Positions 1 to 9,826 of a stretch of DNA of 64,000 nt are shown piece after piece. This DNA comes from an uncultured Candidatus Rokubacteria bacterium. GTDB lineage: Bacteria; Methylomirabilota; Methylomirabilia; Rokubacteriales; DASRDR01. The DNA is taken from the NCBI GenBank assembly GCA_963708025.1, contig CAVPSB010000018.1, forward strand, positions 352,001 through 416,000, read 5' to 3'. Position 1 is the stretch's first letter. Each line of letters begins with the position of its first letter. The translations under genes were made by a program, and so were the position numbers. The notes below the pieces were generated by a model. The model searched no databases, was not told the origin of the DNA, and saw nothing but the letters and a program-made list of their open reading frames with translations.

Positions 1-73
1 AGAAGCGAGCAGCGCCCAAAGGCCGAAGGCCGTCCGAAGGACGACGTGCTGCGAAGCTCATCGGCCCCGCCCG
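1..73 (+). repeat. Palindromic repeat family A, copy 1 (short variant, cut by window edge; carries unit B at 15-35)
   Basis: GAGCAGCG...CCCAAAGGCCGAAGGCCGTC...GACGACG.G.TGCGAAGCTCATCGGCCCCGCCC matches the copies at 19136-19192 and 23574-23633 (revcomp); followed by CTAG. Confidence 0.8.
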
Positions 74-137
74 CTAGATTCCTTGAGGGCCAGAAGTCGT
101 GCTGAATGAGTCAAGTTTCAGCAACACCGGCTCTCGT

Positions 138-260
138 GGCGTGGCCGAGACCCGAGCAGCCCTAGGACGCAGGGAGTCGCCGACCGGAAGCGTACCCCGG
201 GTACGCTGAGGATCGGCGACGACCGAGGACGACGGGATGCGACGGGTATCGGCCACGCCG
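138..260 (+). repeat. Palindromic repeat family A, copy 2
   Basis: Long imperfect hairpin GGCGTGGCCGA...GTCGCCGACC..GCGTAC-loop-GTACGC..GGATCGGCGAC...TCGGCCACGCC; homologous to 5147-5292, 19049-19215 and 23574-23722; abuts the stop codon (CTAG) of the radical SAM gene. Confidence 0.9.
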
Positions 261-1301
261 CTAGACTTTGACGAGCCGCCGCAGCCACCCGTACGACATC
301 ACGTGGTCGGAGAGGAACGCGCTCAGGTAGTCGGTCGGGACGCCCATCACCTGGCGCCGCCAGATCCGATCGCAGCTATAGCACGGGAGCTCCTTGGGGA
401 TGTCGCCGGTGGCCATCCGCTGGCGCAGCTCGACCAGCCGGTCGTCGTTCCAGATGGCGCGGAGGGGCTTGTCCTTGAGGTCGCCCATGCCCAGCTTGGA
501 GAAGAAGTCCTGCGGGCAGGCGGTGACGGTGCCGTCCCAGTAGATCGTCGACGAGTACCAGAGGAACGTGCACGGCGTGAACCGGCGGCCGTCGGCGAGC
601 AGGGCGTCTCGCGACAGATCCGGCATGAAGACGTCGCCCGCCCAGTTGTGCGGTGAGCGGAGAACGACCCGGTCGAGCGGGAGGCCCTTGAACTGGTCGA
701 GGAAGCCACGCCGCAGGCGCTTCAGCTCGTCGCGGTCCGGCGCCCCGATCTCCATCACCTGGAGCACGGTGTAGGGCCGCTTGGAGCGGAGCTCGCGCTT
801 GAGCTGGAGGAAGCGCTTGAGGTGGTCGAGGGCCCACTCGAATTTCGCCCCGACGCGGTTCTTCTCGTACATGTCCTTGTCGTAGCCGTCGAAGGAGCAG
901 GACATGAAGTCGAGACCGGATTCGATGAGCGCGCGGGCCTTCTTCTCGTTGAGCAGCGTGATGTTGGTGTGGATTCGGGTGTAGAGCCCTTGCGCGCGGG
1001 CGTAGGCGACCATCTCGGGGAGCTTCGGGTGCATCGTCGGCTCCCCGCGGTGGAAGAGGTTCACGTCGTAGGCGTAGTCCGCGACCTCGTCGATGATCCG
1101 CTTGAAGAGGTCGATGTCCATGAAGCCGTGGTCTTCCTTGACGATGTCCTTGTTCGGACAGTAGCCGCAGCGAAGGTTGCAGCGGCTCGTGGACTCGATC
1201 CACAGGCGCACCGGGAGCTGCGGGACCCACCTGGCTCCCGTTTTGTACGCCCAGAAGATCTTGACCAGGCGGACGAGGTGCTTGAGCTGGCGTCCGTCCA
1301 T
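261..1301 (-). CDS. Radical SAM protein with SPASM/Twitch domain
   Basis: CNLRCGYC (CX3CX2C) motif, HRGEP, C-terminal C...DGTVTACPQD...CYSC; start at ATG 1301 supported by TATAAT 7 nt upstream. Confidence 0.92.
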   Translation of the reverse strand: MDGRQLKHLVRLVKIFWAYKTGARWVPQLPVRLWIESTSRCNLRCGYCPNKDIVKEDHGFMDIDLFKRIIDEVADYAYDVNLFHRGEPTMHPKLPEMVAYARAQGLYTRIHTNITLLNEKKARALIESGLDFMSCSFDGYDKDMYEKNRVGAKFEWALDHLKRFLQLKRELRSKRPYTVLQVMEIGAPDRDELKRLRRGFLDQFKGLPLDRVVLRSPHNWAGDVFMPDLSRDALLADGRRFTPCTFLWYSSTIYWDGTVTACPQDFFSKLGMGDLKDKPLRAIWNDDRLVELRQRMATGDIPKELPCYSCDRIWRRQVMGVPTDYLSAFLSDHVMSYGWLRRLVKV

Positions 1302-1308
1302 CCCGCGC

Positions 1309-1314
1309 ATTATA
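1309..1314 (-). promoter_or_regulatory. -10 box TATAAT, probable leaderless promoter
   Basis: Perfect TATAAT on minus strand 7 nt before ATG 1301 in otherwise GC-rich DNA. Confidence 0.6.
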
Positions 1315-1319
1315 ACCGG

Positions 1320-2190
1320 TTATCCGCGGAGATGTCCCTTGGCGGCGAGGTACGCCCGGAGCGCCTCGGCCCACGGCCGCAGCGGCGGGAGGCCCAGCGC
1401 CGGGAGCCGCGTGTTCCGGAGCACGGAGTTCGCCGGCCGCCGGGCGGGCGCCCCGTACGCCTCGCTGGTGGTCGGCTCGAGATCCGGCGCGAGCCCGGTC
1501 AGCTCGAAGATGCGGCGGGCGAACTCGAACCACGAGCAGGCGCCGCCGTTGGTGAGGTGGTAGACGCCGCCGGGAGGGTCGGCGGCCAGGAGCCGCCCGA
1601 CCGCCTCGGCGAGATCCGCGGTGAAGGTCGGCGCCAGCACCTGATCGTCCACGACGCGCAGGCGCTTGCCGCTCGCGAGCCAGGCGGAGCATCGTCTCCA
1701 CGAAGTTGCCGCCCTTGCCGCTCGAGCCGGCGACGCCGTAGAGGCCCGAGCTGCGGATCACCAGGTGTCGCGGGCTGGCCTGTTGCACGAGGAATTCCCC
1801 GGCCAGCTTGGAGGCGCCGTAGGCGCTGACGGGGGCCGGCGGCGCGTCCTCGGCGTACGGCCCCGGCCCGCTGCCGCCGAAGACGTAGTCGGTGCTGACG
1901 TGGACGAGGCGGGCCGCGTGGCGCGCGCACGAACGGGCCAGGTGATGGACGGCGACGGCGTTGACGCGGAAGGCCGGCCCGGGGTCGGCCTCGATGTCGT
2001 CCACCCGGTGGAACGCCGCGGTGTTGACGACGACGCCCGGGCGGATCTCGCCGACGACGCGCTCGACCGCCGCGGCGTCGGTGACGTCCAGCTCGTGTCG
2101 CGTGAGGGCGACGAGCCGCGGTCCGGCCAGGACGCGCGCCAGGTCGCTCCCGAGCTGGCCGTTCGCCCCGATGAGCACGACGCGCTCCAT
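1320..2190 (-). CDS. rfbD: dTDP-4-dehydrorhamnose reductase (frameshift near 1671)
   Basis: GANGQLG, HVSTDYVF, YGASK and DDQVLAPT motifs split over two frames. Confidence 0.88.
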
Positions 2191-2200
2191 GCCGCGACTA

Positions 2201-5131
2201 TCACCAGATCCGGCCGAGGGCTCGGCTCGCGGCGTCTCCGACCGCGCTGCAGCCCGGCTCCGAGGAAGCTTCGACCACCTCGATCGTGCCAAGCTCGACG
2301 CTCGGGCTCCACGCCGGCAGGATGCCGGCGATCCAGCGGCGGAGCCGCTGCCCGGAGGCCGGACGCCAGACGCCGAGCACTATGCGGTAGGTCCCCGGGG
2401 GCGTCTCCGGCGGCACGACGACCCGCCGATGCTCCACGACGGCCTGCGGCCCCGCGGTGAGCCCGCGAATCCGCTCCGGGAGCCCATGGTCGTCGGCGAA
2501 GCGCCCGCGCTCGCCCCCGACGCGCACGAAGTGGACGTAGGCGGCGAGGCCGCTGGCGGGCTCGCGGAGCCGCCAGTGGGTAGGCGAGGTCGAGCGGCCT
2601 CGCCCGGGTGGAGGCGGCGTGGCGCGACCTGGTAGCCGACCAGCTCGACCGCGCGGCCGAAGGTCGCGGCGACCGGACGGGCCGGGGTGCCGGGCGGCCT
2701 GCGCCTCGGCCCGGAGCCGCGTCGCCTCCGCGGCGTCGCCCGCCGGCGGCGGCGACCGCGGCCCGGGCCTCGGCCAGGTCGGCGTACACGAGCTCGGGGC
2801 CGAGCCCGACGGCCAGTCGCGCGTAGATGAGCCGGGCCTCCTCGACGAGCCCGAGCCGGGCGTAGCGCGCCGCCCGCTCGGCCGGACAGCCGGCCAGGAC
2901 GTTCAGGTCACCGGCCAGCCGGAGGAACTCACGCGTAGCCCTCGGGGTCGTCGGGCGCGTCGCGCATCGCCTCGCGGTACCGCGTGAGCGCCGGCCCCGA
3001 GCGCGCCGGCTGCTTCGAGCCGGCGCCCCGCGTCGATCGCCTCGCCGGCCGGCGCCGGCCCCGGCGGCCGGTCCGAGCACGAACAGCTCCGACACCGCCC
3101 AGTTCCCCGCCGGCGCCACCTCGGTCAGCCGGAGCCGGCGCGCCTCGACCGGGCGGAAAGCGGACGGTCATCGCCCGCGTCGGCACGGCGCGGAGCGCGC
3201 CGTTCGCGCCAGAAGGGCGTGAAGCCGCCGGTCTCGACCCGGGTCACGGTGCGGGCCGGTCCCGCGCCGTCGGCGGCGTCCACGACGAGCCCCTGGACGA
3301 CGTGCTCCGGCTGGTCCGTCAGGAGCGTCAGGCCCGCGACCGCGTGGGTCTGGCCGAGGTCGACCTCGACCCAGGCCGTGCCCGGCGGCCCGGGCGCGCT
3401 CGACCAGCCCGACTCGATCTGCGTCGTCGGTCAGCGTGGCCGTCTCCCCCGTCCCGCGCTGGTGCGCACCGTCCACCCCGCGCGCGGGAGGCCGACGACG
3501 GCCGGCGGCGGCGTGAAGTCCCAGAAGAGGGTGAAGCCGCCGACCTGGCTCGCGCTGGCTCCGGACCTGGAGCATCTTGAGCCAGTTCTCGAAGAGTCGC
3601 GACGCCGCCGCGGACCAGGTGGACGGGACGGGGCGACGTCGTCCACGGCCTTCGTGTAGGGCCGGCTGCTTGTCGTTGAACGGCTCGGCGATGATGATCC
3701 GCTCGCCGGAGTCGAAGGTCAGGCGCGGGGCGACCCAGTACTCGTAGGCGTAGGCCCGGCGGAGCCCGCGCGCCTCGCAGGAAGGCGAAGAGGGCCCGGT
3801 CCTGGGCGCGCTCGGCCCGGTAGGCGGCCCGGCTCGTCCGGCCACAGCACCGTGACGTCGCGGACCAGCGGGATGCCGACGGCGACGAGGTAGGCGGCGG
3901 CGCCGGCGACGGCCACGAGGCGACTGCGGCGCCAGGTGAGCTGGCAGGCGCGCGCCAGGATGAGCGCCAGCGGCGGGGCCAGCGGGACGAGGTAGCGCGG
4001 CACCGCCAGGAAGCGGCCGTACCACACCATGCCGACGGTGATCGCCGCGGCGGCCAGCACGAGCGCCTCCCCGGCAAGCGCGGGGTCGCGCCGGAGGCGC
4101 CGCCACCCCCACAGGACCCGTACGGCGAGCAGGCGGTGGCGGCCCCCGGCCACGACCGGGATGACGAGGAAGAACGGCCACGGGAGGTACGGGCGGCGTG
4201 TTGACGTAGTCCTGGACCCCGAGGATGACCGGCAGGTGGTTGAGGAGGAGGCTCCGGGCGGCCGTCGCGGCCGGACTCCGCGCCCTGGAAGCGGACGCCG
4301 ACGTCGAAGGTGGCCCAGCCGTGGGTCAGGTTGTAGATCCAGAACGGCAGGCTGCCGAGGAGGAAGGCGCCGAGCCCGAGCCAGGCGCCGCGCCGCGGGG
4401 GAGCCCGGGATCGACGAGCAGCAGGGCGAGGGCCGCGGGGACGAGCGCGTCCACGATCTGGAAGCCGAAGTAGAGGCCGAGGCCGCCGGCCAGCCCCATC
4501 GCGACGAGCGCCCGGGCCCGGGCGGCCTCGAGGCGCGAGGCCGACAGCGGTGCCGAGGGCGTCCGACCCCCAGGTGGGGGGGGTCCAGGGGGGGGACCGC
4601 CGGAGGGACCGGACGTCCGAGGGCCGCAGGCCCGAGGCGTCCGGGCGACTCGACACTTGGGACTCCCGCCCCTGATGACAGCCGGGCGAGCCAGAGCGCG
4701 GCGCCGAGGAGGACGATCTGACCGACCAGGAGGTGCTCGATGTAGTAGGCGCGGGCGCGCACGTAGTGGGCGACGACGTACGGCGAGACGACCGTCGCGA
4801 AGAGGATCGCCAGCAGGCCGGCGCCGCGGCCGAAGAGGAGCGCGCCCGTCCGGTAGAGGGCCAGGACGAGGCCGAGGGCGGCCAGGGCCGGGACCAGGCT
4901 GAGCGCGGTGCGCGAGATGCCGAAGAGGAAGAAGGTCACGGCGGCGCCGTACGACTCGGGGATGCCGGCGTGGTGCTGGCCCCAGAAGAAGATCGGGAAC
5001 TCGCCGCGGAGGATGTGGACGCCCATCAGCCCCGTGATGGCCTGGTCGGAGTCCAGCCGGGGCGCCGCCAGGTGGAGCCCGAGGAGCAGCGCGAAGACGG
5101 CGAGGAGGGCCCAGAGCCTCCAGTCCCGCAC
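2201..5131 (-). CDS. Large ArnT/PMT-like (GT-C) membrane glycosyltransferase with discoidin-like, TPR-like and C-terminal Ig-like segments; multiple frameshifts and a repeat insertion
   Basis: N-terminal LDSDQAITGLMG...PIFFWGQ and TM helices; later frames give YEYWVAPRLTFDSGE, a VDLGQ-type F5/8 segment, and PPETPPGTYRIVLGVW. Confidence 0.7.
4564..4674 (+). repeat. Repeat family D (G-tract palindrome) with inner hairpin, inserted in the GT-C gene
   Basis: CGACCCCCAGGTG8TCCAG8...TTGGGACTCCC.CCCCTG matches revcomp of 14499-14550; GACAGC direct repeats at 4543-4548 and 4677-4682. Confidence 0.85.
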
Positions 5132-5146
5132 TGGCTAGCGGTTGAG

Positions 5147-5292
5147 GTGCCGGGCCGAGAACCGAGCAGCCCGCACAGGCCGAAGGCCGTCCAATGGACG
5201 CAGGGCGGCGCCCACCGCAGACGTACGCCCTGGTACGTCGAGGATGGGCGCCGCCCGAGGACGACGGGATGCGACGGTTATCGGCACGGCAC
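5147..5292 (+). repeat. Palindromic repeat family A, copy 3 (unit B in left arm, 5174-5194)
   Basis: Same architecture with compensatory changes; CTAGCG on both sides (5135, 5292). Confidence 0.9.
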
Positions 5293-5993
5293 TAGCGACC
5301 GGTGAAGCGGAGGCGGAAGACGGAGCCCAGGTAGGTCCAGAAGTAGGCGAAGAAGCGCGTCTTGGACTCGCCGCCCTTCCGGAAGCGGTAGACGGTGGGG
5401 ATCTCCAGGACGCGGCCACCCCGCTGCACCACCTGGTAGAGGAGGCGGATCGCGTAGTCGCCGTAGCCGTAGAAGATCCGCCCGGCGTCGAGCCCGTCGA
5501 GCAGCGACCGCCGGAAGGCGAGGTAGCCGGACAGGTTGTCGTGGATGCGGAGCCCGAGGACGACCCGGATCAGGATGTTGAAGGCGTAGGAGGCCCAGTA
5601 GCGGAACGCCGAGGTGAGCATGCCGCCGCCCAGGACGTAGCGGGAGCCGATCACGACGTCGAACTCCTCGGCGCAGCGGAGCATGAGCGGCAGGAGCGCC
5701 GGGTCGTGGTTCCCGTCGGAGTCCATGACGACCACGAAGTCGCCCCGCGCCTCGACGATGCCCCGGTGGATGGCGGAGGCGAGCCCCCGCTCGCCGCGGC
5801 GGACGTGAACCCGCACCGCCGGCTCGGCCCGGAACGCCTCCTCGACGTGGGCGCCGGTGCCGTCGGGCGAGTCGTCGTCCACGACGAGGACCTCGAAGTC
5901 GAGCCGGGCCGCCCGGGCGATGGCGACGATCTCCGCCACCAGCTCGGCGATGCCGTCGCGCTCGTTGTAGGTCGGCAGGATCACCGAGACCAA
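5292..5993 (-). CDS. GT2 polyprenol-phosphate glycosyltransferase (DPM1-like)
   Basis: SVILPTYNE, VDDDSPDGT, MDSDGNH, GSRY and GESK motifs; probable TTG start. Confidence 0.88.
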   Translation of the reverse strand: MVSVILPTYNERDGIAELVAEIVAIARAARLDFEVLVVDDDSPDGTGAHVEEAFRAEPAVRVHVRRGERGLASAIHRGIVEARGDFVVVMDSDGNHDPALLPLMLRCAEEFDVVIGSRYVLGGGMLTSAFRYWASYAFNILIRVVLGLRIHDNLSGYLAFRRSLLDGLDAGRIFYGYGDYAIRLLYQVVQRGGRVLEIPTVYRFRKGGESKTRFFAYFWTYLGSVFRLRFTGR

Positions 5994-5998
5994 CGCGT

Positions 5999-7093
5999 CT
6001 ACCTCTTGGCCAGCTCGTGGAGCGCGCGGCACACGGTCGCGATCTCCTCCGTCGTCAGGCCGGTGCCCGAGGGCAGGTTGATCCCGGTCCGGCTGAGCCG
6101 CGTGGCGACGGGGAACGGGGCGTCCGTCCGGTAGGGCGGCTGCTCGTGCAGCGGCACGAAGAACGGCCGCGAGTCCACCCCGCGCGCCCGGAGCCCTTCG
6201 CGGACCGCGTCGCGATCGCAGCCGAAGCCCGACTCGATCAGCACCGAGTACATCCAGTACACGCTCTCGGCCCACGGCTCGGCCGGGGGCCGGACCAGGC
6301 CCGGGAGGTCCGCGAGCCCGGCCTCGTAGGCGGAGGCGATCACCTTCCGGCGCTGGAGGATGCTCTCGGCCTGCTCGAGCTGGGCGCAGCCGATCGCCGC
6401 CTGGATGTTCGTCATCCGGTAGTTGAAGCCCACCTCGGGGTGGTAGTACCGGCGCTGGGGATCCATCGCGTGGTCCCGCAGGAACCGCGCGCGCTCGGCC
6501 AGGGCGCCATCGTTGGTCACCACCATCCCGCCCTCCCCGGTGGTGATGATCTTGTTTCCGTAGAACGAGAACGCCCCGATCTCGCCGAGCGCGCCGACCC
6601 GGCGGCCGTGGTACCGGGCGCCGTGGGCCTCCGCCGCGTCCTCGACCACCGCGAGGCCGTGGCGCCGGCCGAGATCCAGGAGCGGATCGAGATCCACCGG
6701 GTGGCCGTAGACGTGGACCGGGATGATGGCCCGGGTCCGCGAGGTGACCTTCCGGGCGGTGTCGGCCGGGTCCAGGCCCCAGGTCACGGGGTGGGCGTCG
6801 ACGAGGACGGGGGTGGCTCCGGTGTAGCGGACGACGTTGGCGGTGGCGATGAAGGTGAGATCGGGCACCAGCACCTCGTCCCCCGGGCCGATCCCGAGCG
6901 TGACCAGCGCCAGGTGGAGCGCGGTCGTCCCGTTCGAGGTGGCCACCGCGTGCCGGGCCTCGCAGAAGCGGGCGAAGTCACGCTCGAATCGCGGGACGTA
7001 CTCGCCGAGCGAGGAGATCCAGCCCGTGTTGACGCAGTCGAGCACGTAGCGGCGCACGTTCTCGGACAGCCAGGGGGCGAAGACCGGGATCAC
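5999..7093 (-). CDS. DegT/DnrJ/StrS aminotransferase (perosamine synthase-like)
   Basis: GWISSLG, SNGTTALHL, EDAAEAHG, FSFYGNKIITTGEGG and GFNYRM motifs. Confidence 0.93.
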   Translation of the reverse strand: MIPVFAPWLSENVRRYVLDCVNTGWISSLGEYVPRFERDFARFCEARHAVATSNGTTALHLALVTLGIGPGDEVLVPDLTFIATANVVRYTGATPVLVDAHPVTWGLDPADTARKVTSRTRAIIPVHVYGHPVDLDPLLDLGRRHGLAVVEDAAEAHGARYHGRRVGALGEIGAFSFYGNKIITTGEGGMVVTNDGALAERARFLRDHAMDPQRRYYHPEVGFNYRMTNIQAAIGCAQLEQAESILQRRKVIASAYEAGLADLPGLVRPPAEPWAESVYWMYSVLIESGFGCDRDAVREGLRARGVDSRPFFVPLHEQPPYRTDAPFPVATRLSRTGINLPSGTGLTTEEIATVCRALHELAKR

Positions 7094-8328
7094 CGCGCCT
7101 CCTCGCGCACTTCGCGCACCATGTCGCACACGTAGGCGATCTCGGCATCGGTCAGGGTCGCCCCCGACGGCAGGTACAGGCCCCGCCGGCACAGCTCCTC
7201 GGACACCGGGTAGCGCTGGCCCTGGAAGGCCGCGTAGTAGATCGGCTGGAGATGGATCGGGATGAAGAAGGTCCGGGTCTCGATGCCGCGCCGGGCCAGC
7301 CGGCGGCGCAGCTCGTCGCGCGACATGCCGAACTCGTCCTCGACCAGGAGCCCGTACATCCAGTAGACGTTGCGCACCCAGGGGCGCTCGATCGGCAGGG
7401 TCAGCCCCGGGATCCGGGAGAGCATCTTCGTGTAGCGCCGGGCGTTCGTGCGGCGGATCTCGACCAGCTCGTCGAGCCGCTCGGTCTGGGCGAGCCCGAT
7501 GGCCGCCTGCAGGTTGGTCATCCGGTAGTTGAAGCCGAGGTACTTGTGCCAGAAGTGGCGCTCGTCCGAGAAGGCGTGGTCCCGGAGTCGCCGGGCCACC
7601 CGCGCCAGCTCGGCGTCGTTGGTGGTGACCATGCCGCCCTCGCCGGTCGTGATGATCTTGTTGGCGTAGAACGAGAACGACGCGGCCCGTCCGAGGCTCC
7701 CGATCGGGCGATCCCGGTAGCGGGCCCCGTGGGCCTCGGCGGCGTCCTCCACCACCCACAGCCCCCGCCGCTCGGCCAGCTCCAGCAGGGGATCCATCTC
7801 GACCGGGTGGCCGTAGGTGTGGATGAGGAGGATGCCCCGGGTCTTCGGCGTGATCGTCCGCTCGATCTGCGCCACGTCGAAGTTCCAGGTCTCCCGCTCG
7901 GAGTCGACCAGGACCGGCGACGCCCCCGTGTAGCGGACGGCGTTGGCGGTGGCGATCATGGTGAAGGTGGGGATGATGACCTCGTCCCCCGGCCCGACGC
8001 CGAGCGTGGCCAGGGCCAGGTGGAGCGAGGTCGTCCCGTTCGAGGTGGCGATGCCGTAGCGGCAGCCCATGGCGCCGGCGAAGGCCTCCTCGAACTCCCG
8101 GATGAAGCGCCCGGCCGAGGAGATCCAGTTGGACTGGATGCACTGGGTCACGTAGCGGAGCTCGTTCCCGTCGAGCCGGGGGTCGGAGACCGGGATGATC
8201 CGGCGCGTCGGGGATTCCTCGACCACCGGGATCCGCTGGATGCGGACCTCGAGGGCCGGCTCCGGCCCGGGGATGATGTCGCCCAGCTCGGCCAGCACCG
8301 AGTCTGGCAGTCGGGTTTCCTCGATCAT
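7090..8328 (-). CDS. DegT/DnrJ/StrS aminotransferase (perosamine synthase-like), paralog 2
   Basis: NWISSAG, SFSFYANKIITTGEGG and GFNYRMTNLQAAIG motifs. Confidence 0.93.
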   Translation of the reverse strand: MIEETRLPDSVLAELGDIIPGPEPALEVRIQRIPVVEESPTRRIIPVSDPRLDGNELRYVTQCIQSNWISSAGRFIREFEEAFAGAMGCRYGIATSNGTTSLHLALATLGVGPGDEVIIPTFTMIATANAVRYTGASPVLVDSERETWNFDVAQIERTITPKTRGILLIHTYGHPVEMDPLLELAERRGLWVVEDAAEAHGARYRDRPIGSLGRAASFSFYANKIITTGEGGMVTTNDAELARVARRLRDHAFSDERHFWHKYLGFNYRMTNLQAAIGLAQTERLDELVEIRRTNARRYTKMLSRIPGLTLPIERPWVRNVYWMYGLLVEDEFGMSRDELRRRLARRGIETRTFFIPIHLQPIYYAAFQGQRYPVSEELCRRGLYLPSGATLTDAEIAYVCDMVREVREEAR

Positions 8329-9068
8329 GAGCGGTCCCTCCCGGTGACGGTGTCCCAGCGGAGCTGCAGGATCGTGCCCACGTAGCGCAGGCCCAGGGCC
8401 GTGAAGCGGCCGAGATCCGGGCTGGTCTTGGTCTCGCCGGCCCGCCGCTCGACGTTCACGTACGGGACCTCGACCACCCGGAGCCCGGCCCGGCAGGCGC
8501 GGTAGAGGAAGTCGATGCAGTAGTCCCCGTAGACGTAGTGCGTGCGGAGCGGCACCCGCTCCAGCGCCGCCCGGCGCGCCGCGACGAAGCCCGAGGTCCA
8601 GTCACGCACGGGCCCGCCCAGGCAGAGGGTGGCGACCAGGTTGATGGCCTGCGAGGCCCGGATGCGGAGCCGCGAGTCCCGCGCGTCCGAGCCGCCCGGC
8701 GCGTACCGCGAGGCGACCGCGACGTCGGCGGCCCGCGAGGCGTCCGCCAGCCGGGTGATGACCTCGGCCGGCATCGAGCCGTCGGCGTCCAGCCACACGA
8801 CCACCTCACCCTTGGTCTCGGCGACGCCCTCGGCGAGCGCGGAGGGAAGCCCGCGCCGTCCGATCCGGCGCCGGACGCGGACCCGCCCGTCGCCGCGGAA
8901 GGCGTCCTCGACCGCTTGCCAGGTGCGATCGGGGGAGTCGTCGTCGACCACGAGCACCTCGGCGTCCGGCACCGCGTCGAGGATCTCCCGCACGACGCCG
9001 ACGATGACGAGGCCCTCGTTGTAGGTCGGCAGGATGACGGAGGTCTGTCCGACACCTGGGTTGTTCAT
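8325..9068 (-). CDS. GT2 polyprenol-phosphate glycosyltransferase
   Basis: SVILPTYNE, VDDDSPD, LDADGS and DWTSGF motifs. Confidence 0.88.
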   Translation of the reverse strand: MNNPGVGQTSVILPTYNEGLVIVGVVREILDAVPDAEVLVVDDDSPDRTWQAVEDAFRGDGRVRVRRRIGRRGLPSALAEGVAETKGEVVVWLDADGSMPAEVITRLADASRAADVAVASRYAPGGSDARDSRLRIRASQAINLVATLCLGGPVRDWTSGFVAARRAALERVPLRTHYVYGDYCIDFLYRACRAGLRVVEVPYVNVERRAGETKTSPDLGRFTALGLRYVGTILQLRWDTVTGRDRS

Positions 9069-9826
9069 CACGCGTGCCTCAGTGACGCGCTCGCCTGTTT
9101 CCGGGCCACGCAGAGGACCGAGCTGCCGAACGGCAGCGGGATCCAGCGGAGCAGGACTCGCTCGACCGCCTGGACCGCGAGCAGGACGGCGGTGAGCGCC
9201 CGCGGGAGCGGGAAGACGTCCGAGCCCTCGCCCGCCTCCGGGCCCCGGAGCCGCCGGGCCAGCCGGAAGGCGGCCACCGCCGGGAAGACCAGGCAGTAGG
9301 TGTAGGAGGCGAAGAGCGGCGTGAAGCCGGCGGCCCGGACGCGGGCCACCAGCTCGCCCCGCGTGTAGCGCCGGCGGCCGTGGACCGCCTCGTCGTGGGC
9401 GGAGCGGAGCCAGGCGAAAGCGGAGTCGGTGACGACCAGGAGCCCGCCCCCGGCCAGCACGCGGTGACACTCGGCGAGGGCGGCGGCGTCCGAGCCGACC
9501 GCGCGGTGGTAGAGGACGTCGAGGCACAGGCAGGCGTCGAAGGCGCCGCTCTCGAAGGGCAGGGCCAGGGCATCCGCGGTCACCAGCCGGGCCAGGCCGC
9601 GCTTCCGGGCGAAGGCGAGGGCGAGCGGCTCGGCGTCGGTCCCCACCCATCGACCGTGACCGGCCAGGGTCTGCAGCATCCCGCCGGTGCCGCAGCCGAC
9701 GTCGAGCCCGCGCCGGCCGGTCCGGCCATGGCGCATGATCATCGAGAGGACCAGGGCCCGCTTGGCGCGGAACCACCAGTGCTCTCCCTCGAAGGCGAAG
9801 CTCCGCTCGTACTCTCGCCGGTCCAT
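9068..9826 (-). CDS. Class I SAM-dependent methyltransferase
   Basis: HWWFRAKR, LDVGCGTG, LDVLYH and SAHDEAVHGRRRY motifs. Confidence 0.9.
   Translation of the reverse strand: MDRREYERSFAFEGEHWWFRAKRALVLSMIMRHGRTGRRGLDVGCGTGGMLQTLAGHGRWVGTDAEPLALAFARKRGLARLVTADALALPFESGAFDACLCLDVLYHRAVGSDAAALAECHRVLAGGGLLVVTDSAFAWLRSAHDEAVHGRRRYTRGELVARVRAAGFTPLFASYTYCLVFPAVAAFRLARRLRGPEAGEGSDVFPLPRALTAVLLAVQAVERVLLRWIPLPFGSSVLCVARKQASASLRHA

Noticed and set aside
138-260. Family A as tRNA, riboswitch or intrinsic terminator
   Set aside because: No cloverleaf, no U-tract, both orientations occur, and it flanks unrelated genes.
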